Shown here piece after piece: positions 56,666 to 64,000 of a DNA stretch of 64,000 nt. A model generated the notes under the pieces. The model worked only from the letters and a program-made list of their open reading frames with translations. It was not told the origin of the DNA and ran no database searches. Origin of the DNA: Rebecca billardiae RCC1528 (taxonomy: Eukaryota > Protista > Haptophyta); contig OZ251230.1 of assembly GCA_965240325.2 (NCBI GenBank), forward strand, positions 1,054,001 through 1,118,000, written 5' to 3'. Positions within the stretch are counted from its first letter, which is position 1, and the number at the start of each line of letters is the position of its first letter. The translations under genes and the position numbers were made by a program.

Positions 56666-57179
56666 ACCGGGGCACTTTCGGGCGCCACAGTGCTGCAGCC
56701 TTACAGTGCTGACGCAGCCGGCGCAATTCTCCGCTGCTTATTATGACAGTCGTGGCTGAATCAGTAACACCGGGGCACGCTGACTGACGTCGACCGTCAC
56801 CGTCAGCAGCGCGGCCCGCATCTGAGCGGACACTGACAGACCGACTACTCACCCCATAACTAAGGCCCTAACCCTCACCAGACGTGATCCGCCGCGCTGC
56901 GCGCAGCGGGTCGACCGTCTAGCAGTCCGCGTCAGCACGGGTCCGCCGGTCGGCGACTCATAATCGGATCGGAGCCCTGACAGCCGACGCGCGGGATCCG
57001 ACAAGTCGGATCCGAGGCTGTCGGATCAGACTCTCGGACCTGAGCTAGGCGAGACGTTATCAGTCCCGCTCTATGTATGTATGTACATGTATCATGTATG
57101 TATGTATGTCATTAGTATCGGTAGCTACCGCGTAATAACTAATTAACTACATTAGTACATACATACGACGACATATATT

Positions 57180-57372
<193 letters not shown>

Positions 57373-58092
57373 TCGTAGCTGACCGCCTGACGACCGCCCC
57401 CCCGCCCGGACCGAGCCCGCGCCCGCCGACGGGCCGCCGGCCGGACGGGCACTCCGCGCCGTCGGACCGCCGCTCGGCCTCAGATGAGTCAGAGTCAGAC
57501 TCAGTCGACAGGCGGAGTCAGGGCGGCGGCCGCAGGCGCAGCGACCGGCGCCGGGCATCCGATCCGGCGTCATCAACTCATCGCCGCGGATCGCCGGCGG
57601 ATCGGTCAATCCGACGATTGACGCACTGAGTCACTGACTATCAGTACGTTAATGGTCACCGCCCGCAGTCAGACAGTCAGTGCCGCACTGATAGACCGCG
57701 CGATAGTCCGAGCATCATCCGATCCGATTCTCATCAGTCTTACTTCTGAACTTACAATAAGTACTAACTTACTTCATACTAGTGGCAGCTGACTTGGCTC
57801 GCCCCGCCGGCTCACTCAGTGAGTGACTCACGGTCTCACCAGTCACCGTAGCCCGTACAGTACGGCCCGTAGGCCTCACGCGGACAGGGACAATCGGACT
57901 CTCTGGCTACTGTCTCATACAGCTGGCTGATACTCTGGCACCGAAACACGGATCATAAGGCGGCGGGTGCTGCCTGGAAGCGGTCTTAAAGTTGAAAGAT
58001 GTCCACGAATACTCTGACACGATTGTCCGCCACCTGCCAGTCTGTCTGTCTGACCGCTGGCAGGGTGCGTGCGGTGCGGACCTCGTGCCCAG

Positions 58093-59304
58093 TCATGCGT
58101 CTCGTCCAGTCGCATCCGGACCGAGCGCATCGCCGATGAATGGGGCATCGGCGCCGTCCTCTGCTGGCCCCGCACCGTCCGCGCCGGCAAACAGCTGGTT
58201 GACTGCGCTCGCGCCGGCGGCGTCTGGCGAGGCCGCGGCCGCCTCACGCCCTCCGTCGAGCTGCGAGATGGCTGCGTCAACGGCTGCGCCGCCAAACGCG
58301 TTGGGCGGCTGCAGCGAGAGCGGCGTCGACACGAGCGGCGTCACGGCCAGGTTGTTCTGCACCTGCATGAACGCGTCCGCCATGTGCACCGCGTTGGCGT
58401 CAGTCGGCGTGCTCACGTTCGAGTGGCCGAGCACCTGCAGGTACATCGAGGAGAGGCCAAAGCGGCCGGCGCCGTCCCGTGCGTCCGCGTCGATGAGCGG
58501 CACGGCGCACACGGGGGGCAGCGGCACGCCAAAGGGCTCGCTCGGCCTCGGCATCTGCGAGGCCGCTTGCTGCTCCGGCGCGCCCTCTGCTGTCGGCGCG
58601 CCCAGCGCGCAGCCAGCGCCGGCTGACGGTCTTGCCGCGCTCGGCGGCGCGCTGACCGGCACGCCAAGGCTGCTCGCTGTCGCGTGCGCGCCCTCGTTCG
58701 CCAGCTTGGAGAGCAGACGCTTGCGCAGCTCGGCTTTGAGCGGATCGTGCACGCCGATGTGCATCCCCGGGGGTGGCGGCCCCGACGAGGGCCCGGCGAC
58801 CCCGACGGCGGACGAGGCTGCGCCGTTTGTGCCTGCGCACTCTGCTGCCCTGCCCGGCGGCGCCCCCGCCACAGCGCCGCACACCGCCGCGCTGTTGAGC
58901 GCCGCCTGGTTCATATCCGCCTGGCGCACGAGCTCGCGCTGCTTGCGCGCCTCGGAGCGGTCCGCCTTCCGAATCGCCGAGTTCCAGTGGTTTTTGATCG
59001 CGTTCTCCGTGCGGCCGGGCAGCATGCGCGCGATCGTCGCCCACTTCTTGCCGTACTTCTTCACGGCGTCGTTGATCACCTGCTCCTCGTGCTCGGTCCA
59101 GATGGACTTGGTGATGTCCGTGCGCAGGTGGTTGTGCCACCGCTCGCGGCACTGCTTCCCCACCCGCCCGTCGAGGTGCGAGGCGATCACCGACCAGCGC
59201 TTCGGGCCGTACGTGGACACGAGCCGCTGCAGAAGATCATCCTCCTCCTGCGTCCACTCCTTGCGCTTGCCGCCGCCGCCGGAGGGACGCTCGCCGGCCT
59301 CCAT
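58093..59304 (-). CDS. R2R3-MYB transcription factor (c-Myb-like)
   Basis: KRKEWTQEEDDLL...GPKRWSVIASHLDGRVGKQCRERWHNHL...WTEHEE...GKKWATIARMLPGRTENAIKNHWNS. An upstream exon is possible. Confidence 0.93.
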   Translation of the reverse strand: MEAGERPSGGGGKRKEWTQEEDDLLQRLVSTYGPKRWSVIASHLDGRVGKQCRERWHNHLRTDITKSIWTEHEEQVINDAVKKYGKKWATIARMLPGRTENAIKNHWNSAIRKADRSEARKQRELVRQADMNQAALNSAAVCGAVAGAPPGRAAECAGTNGAASSAVGVAGPSSGPPPPGMHIGVHDPLKAELRKRLLSKLANEGAHATASSLGVPVSAPPSAARPSAGAGCALGAPTAEGAPEQQAASQMPRPSEPFGVPLPPVCAVPLIDADARDGAGRFGLSSMYLQVLGHSNVSTPTDANAVHMADAFMQVQNNLAVTPLVSTPLSLQPPNAFGGAAVDAAISQLDGGREAAAASPDAAGASAVNQLFAGADGAGPAEDGADAPFIGDALGPDATGRDA

Positions 59305-59871
59305 CGGCGCGCCGGCTTGAGACTGCGCGGTCGAGCGCGCGGAGAGCGCGCGCACGCGCGGGGCGCACGATCGGCCGTCGTGAGCTCGACGAGCAGCGCG
59401 GGGCCACCGACGCAGCCAGCGCGCGCAACGCGTGCCCAGCGTGCATCTGGGTGGTGAGCAGCGCGCACCGCGGGTGTGGTGGGCGTCATGACGGCAGGTG
59501 GTGCCTCCCCATCCGGCAGCGCGGCACTCGAAGCCACCACAGGCATGGCGCTGACCGCGGCGGCCATCAGGCCGCCTGCCGCCCCGGGCCCTGCCCGCCA
59601 AGCTGCTCGGTCGTCTTCCTGCCCAGCGCAGCCAGCCAGCCCACCTGCCCTGCTGCCTTTCCGCGGTCAAAGCGGAAAGCCAACTACGAAAAAAGTCGCG
59701 CGAGAAAATGCGACCGCGTCTTTTTCTTCGCGGCTGCTTTTTGGTCGCTCACAGGCTTGCCCGAAAAACAAGCCGGCGCGGCCGCGGGCGGCGGCGGGAG
59801 GCGGAGCGAGCTCCATCCCGCCGGCGCAACCTCGCGCGCAAGGCGACGGCGTGCAACGGGATCGCGAGCAT

Positions 59872-60321
59872 ATGTGCAGACATCTTCGAGCCACAGCTAC
59901 CACCCTTGTCGTTTTCTTGGCTTTGGCCACCGGAGAAACACCCGCGATACCCTCAACATCTCAACACTTTGCATCCGCGACATCACAGTCAACCCCCGGA
60001 GTGGAGGGGACACATCCTGCCTCACCCGCTGATGCCGGAGGGCTTCCCGGTGTCATTCGAGGTATCGCTGACCAAATAGATAAGCCACCGCCTCCGCCGC
60101 CGCCACCACCACCGGATAGCACAGCGCCTGGAACACGTCCGCACGCTCCGGTCGTAGCCCACTCTGGCGCCGGGGCAGCACACAGCGACAACACTCTGGC
60201 GACGATCAAGATCATCGTCAGCAAGCAATGGCCATGGGTGATGCTCGGCTGCTCCACGGTTCTCCTTGCCTTCATCCTGGGCATGCCGTCAGATGAAGGA
60301 GAATCGTGCTTGCTGCTATGA
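59872..60321 (+). CDS. Small putative membrane protein (signal peptide, Pro tract, C-terminal TM)
   Basis: MCRHLRATATTLVVFLALATG...PPPPPPPPP...WPWVMLGCSTVLLAFILG...ESCLLL*. Confidence 0.5.
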   Translation: MCRHLRATATTLVVFLALATGETPAIPSTSQHFASATSQSTPGVEGTHPASPADAGGLPGVIRGIADQIDKPPPPPPPPPPDSTAPGTRPHAPVVAHSGAGAAHSDNTLATIKIIVSKQWPWVMLGCSTVLLAFILGMPSDEGESCLLL

Positions 60322-60742
60322 CCAGCTGCCCGAGCCTTGGGGTTGACGCCTGTCGCTCGGCGACGGCGCCTCTCGGTGACGCCTCTCGGCTTCACTCTGA
60401 TGCTGCGCACTTTGCAGGCTCCGCGACTGCGACCACGTCCGACGTCCGCGCAGTCCGCGCCGGCGGCCGGGCCGCGCGCGCGCCAGCGCCCAGCACAGAG
60501 TGAGCACGGTCACTGCTGGCAGCAGTAGCGGCCCGAGCGGCGAGGGCCGCCGCGCCCGCCCTTTGAGCCCCTTTCGCCCTTTCGGCCCGCGCGCCTATTG
60601 CAAAAAGTTGCAATATAGGTATATCTATCGCCAATAACGTCCGGCGGGACGATGGTCACGATCATGGACACCGGCTAGTCCGTACCTGCTACGACGAGCG
60701 TCTGACATATTGCTGACGATATACATCTACGTGAATAAATTC

Positions 60743-62847
60743 AATATTATGGCCCGCGGTGCAGGGCGGAGCGCGTAGCGTGGAGCCCCACCGGGGGCCC
60801 TCACTACGTTGTCAAAAAGATCTTTTGATCAAAGAAAAGGGGACGGGGGACGATTTTTAGGGTTGTTGGAGGGTGAGTTTTCGATTTTTTGAGGGGTACG
60901 GTACAATGCTGTCCATCCCAAGCTTAAAAGGCCGCGCCCGGGTCATTCCGCGTATGTCGTTGGACGGCCGTCACATTGTCAGTAAACGAATCTGCGCCAT
61001 TGTGGTAATGCCCGGGGCCGGACTCCGCCCAGCACCAGACAATGACAGTGATCCGGACTCCGGACTGGGCGGTCCGGCGATCGCTCCCCGCGATGAGTCG
61101 ATGACCAGTGGACCTCTCGACCCGCAGTCAAACGCCGGCGACGCGGCGCGGGCGCGCGCGGACGCGCACGCGAACCGGCTCGGCATGCGGAACGCGTTGA
61201 TGCGCTTGGGGACGCACGACATCGGGCCGTTCTGAAACGACACCGGGCGAAACTCTACCGCGTGCACGCGCGGACCGCAGGCCGCGTGACGACTTCGACA
61301 CTGCGCGACGCGAAGGAGCAGGTGCTGGCGCCGCAGATGGCGGTGCGGGCGTTCTGCCCGAGCTGCAACAACCCGCTGCTCTCGGGCCAGGTGCATCAGC
61401 GCATCCAGGACCGCCGCTGCCACGTGCTAACCAAGGTGGTGGGCATGAGACACGCGACCGTGTGCGAGCAAGGCGTGCCAAGCAAGATGATCGACACGGC
61501 GAAGCAGGTGGTGATCGAGGCGCTGAGCCTGATCATGGTGAGGCGCATCTTCTCGACCTGCCCGACGCGCAGACCACGCAGGCGTCGCTTCCGGGCGCGT
61601 GGGACTCGCGCACCAAGACGGTGTGGCGCGTGGACCCTGTCGCCAAGGCCGGTCAACTCCGCCTGGCCGCTGGAGGTGGTCGCTCGCCGCGCCTGGCCAA
61701 GCTGGTGCACGTGAGGGGCCAGCTGATGGCGGCGGTGGTGCCACCGATGAAGCTGATCTTCGTGCAGCGCAAGGACGCGTCGGGCCCGTTCTCCCACGTG
61801 CTCAAGATCGTCTTGCGCGTCGCGACGATGAGCGTGGCGGCCCCTCACAACCTGCAGCTGCCGGCGTCGCTGCTCTCAGCTCTGTGCGCGGCGCGCGCGC
61901 GCGCGTGCGCGCGCGACGGGCACGTGGCGCGCCGACCAGCCGTACGGCGCTGACTGTTGACGCACCTCGCGCATGCGCTACCCCGGCCGCGCCGCCGCCG
62001 CCGCCGCGCAGGCATGCTCTCGTAGGAGGAGACGGCGGAGCTGCGCGCACAGATGGCCGCGCGCGGCTCTCGGTCGGACGGTCGGCGATCACGGGCGCGC
62101 TGCCGGCCCGGCGCGCCGCTGAACGACGAGTAGGCCGCGCTGGAGGAGTACGTCCGCCGCCGCGCTCCGCCTGCGCGAGCAGCGCTCCGTCGCGCCCGAC
62201 CCGCTGGCCGAGCAGCTGCGCAGCGACCGCGCCATCGCAGAGCAGCTGCAGCGCGAGGAGATGGCGGCACGCGCGGGCGGCGCGCCCGTGACGCTGCACT
62301 CGGCCGAGGTCGACGAGGACGCGCAGATGGCGCTGGCGCTGCTGCTCGTGTGCGAGGCGTGCGACCAGGACACACGCGCGCTGCGCAACGCTGAGCGCCG
62401 GATCCGTTTTCGGCGCCGTAAGGTACGCAAAGCGCTGGCAGCGGAGCGCACCGGGGCGGCGGCGCATGCGCGCACGCGGCGCGCTCGCGGTCGATGCGCG
62501 GCAACTCCAACCGCCTCGGCAAGCGCAAGCAGCGGGACGAGGGCGGCGCCGCGGCGGCGGGTGCGATGAACAAATCGGACGAGCGCGCCAAGTCCCGACG
62601 CCTCGCCAACGCCGCCAAGCTGTTCGAGGACATGGACGGCGACGAGATCGCGGCCGCGGCGCACGCGGCGGGCAAGCTGGACTGCCAACTTGCGACGCGT
62701 CTCGCAGACTGCCACTGCCACTGGGCCTGGCGGCCCATTATAAATCTTCATACGACATTGAGCAGCCGAGCAGCCGACGGAGGGTGCACCGCGGGCCCCT
62801 AACTGCGTTGGTTCTACGGAAGGACCGCGGAACGCGGTCATAATATT
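60743..62847 (+). mobile_element. About 2.1 kb degenerate transposon relic with imperfect TIRs and broken Cys-containing ORFs
   Basis: Left aatattatg-gcccgcggtgca matches right tgcaccgcgggcc...cataatatt in inverted orientation. Internal fragments FCPSCNNPLL...CHVLTKVVGMRHATVC...GVPSKMIDTAKQVVIEALSL lie in shifting frames. Confidence 0.45.
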
Positions 62848-63312
62848 ACTATTAACTGTAGGGGGATGATCCGACTAATAAGTAACTGACTCAGTAATTG
62901 ATCGAACATAAAAGAGTAAGTAAGTAGCTAATATAGTATAACTCTTGGGCTATTAATGGGCAGGTCCGACACTACTGTGACAGGCTGTCTACAGTCCGAG
63001 TACCGCGGGACGGCGCGGTCGACAGGTTGCACAGGAAACTGTCCTTGGTGTTACATTTCTGAGAGACGGCGCCTCTGAAGGATGGCGCCCGCCCACTCGC
63101 CGCTCGTGGGTGGCGCGCGCCTCCGTGTCGATGCAGCCCCGCATCATGACTAGCTGAATGCGCGTGTCGTCAGGACTTGTCCGCGTGCGCTACATCCCTT
63201 GAGCTAGCACAGCCGGGACCCCCTCGCCGTCGGCAGTGACTGTCATCATCCCATCACACGTCGCGTGAGACGGCAAACAGCCACAGCAGCATCACCCTCT
63301 CGTCCAGGATCA

Positions 63313-63975
63313 TCAGGCAGCTGGAGACAGTCCTCCCTTCGACGCGTCTCGGAGCGAGCGCACACGCCCAGCTCTATCTGCGTCACACCGCCCGCGCCAT
63401 CCGTCTCGAGCCCAACGCCCGTCACCACGCGCAGTATGGCAAACCGTCATGATCGGACCGAGCTCGTCGCCCGAGTGCAGCCTTCGCCCGCAATGCCGCG
63501 CGCGAGCATTCGTCGAGTTCGACAATAAGTCGTCAGCGACTTGTGGGCCGGCGGGGAGATCCACGCGTGGCATAGATACCATGTAGGTCGTCAGCTCCTG
63601 CTCGGTGTACGCACGCGCTCTGCATCTGAACACTTGATAGAAGCTCTCGATCATCACCATCGAGCTGTCTACGTGAGCCTGTGCGACCGTCTGCGCAACA
63701 CCTCACGCCTCACCCTTGATGCTGAGCTCACGCGAGACAAAGAAGGCTATGTAGGGCTCAACGGCATTTATACAGTGAGAGCGTCCTTGCCGCAGCGAGC
63801 GACAGCTTCCTTCGCCCGCTTCTTAGCACTCGCCCTGCTGTTCTTGGGCGTGAGTGAGGCGTGGTGCCTCGTCAGCCTGCTGAGCGGTTCTTGTCGATGC
63901 GTGTCACAGCGCGGAAGCAGGTGTGCGTTCGCGAGGCGTCGTGCGTGGATGCCGTTCTTCATGCTGACGACATAG
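63313..63975 (-). pseudogene. Unidentified degenerate coding relic
   Basis: Coding-like fragments (MKNGIHARRLANAHLL...KEAVARCGKDALTV; MVMIESFYQVFRCRARAYTEQELTTYMVSMPRVD) in different frames. Confidence 0.3.
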
Positions 63976-64000
63976 ATAGACTGCGTAGCGGCCGTCTCCT

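Noticed and set aside
60802-60820. CACTACG as a CACTA/EnSpm terminus
   Set aside because: No matching inverted TAGTG end was found in the downstream part of the window.

Overview
Very GC-rich eukaryotic nuclear DNA. The short GC-rich GT-AG introns, a flagellar gene (CFAP206) and bipartite signal+transit presequences suggest a flagellated alga with a complex plastid, plausibly a haptophyte such as Pavlovales (inference). There are about 22 compact protein-coding genes: SGF11, thiamine pyrophosphokinase, alanine aminotransferase, a Pro-rich surface protein, an EF-hand/HAD-IIA hydrolase, an LRR-TRP channel, Sel1-MYND, ALG6, CFAP206, PIN4, SDHAF4, an FLZ-like zinc finger, SCAMP, an hnRNP/Musashi-like RRM protein, an integrase-repeat-unit protein, a zinc-finger protein, RPL17, a sulfotransferase, an amino-acid transporter, TMCO4, phosphoglycerate mutase, a U2AF65-like protein and two R2R3-MYBs. 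Most genes sit in tight head-to-head pairs. The regions beyond gene 3' ends are filled with a distinctive scrambled, palindrome- and microduplication-rich DNA containing three dispersed repeat families, TIR-bounded relics and pseudogenes, including EsV-1-7 repeats. The most notable candidates are the LRR-TRP channel paired head-to-head with a Sel1-MYND gene beside an EF-hand phosphatase, the 3'-end-restricted scrambled DNA, and a U2AF65-like protein with two RRM1-type domains. All identifications come from motif recognition by eye; no searches were run.
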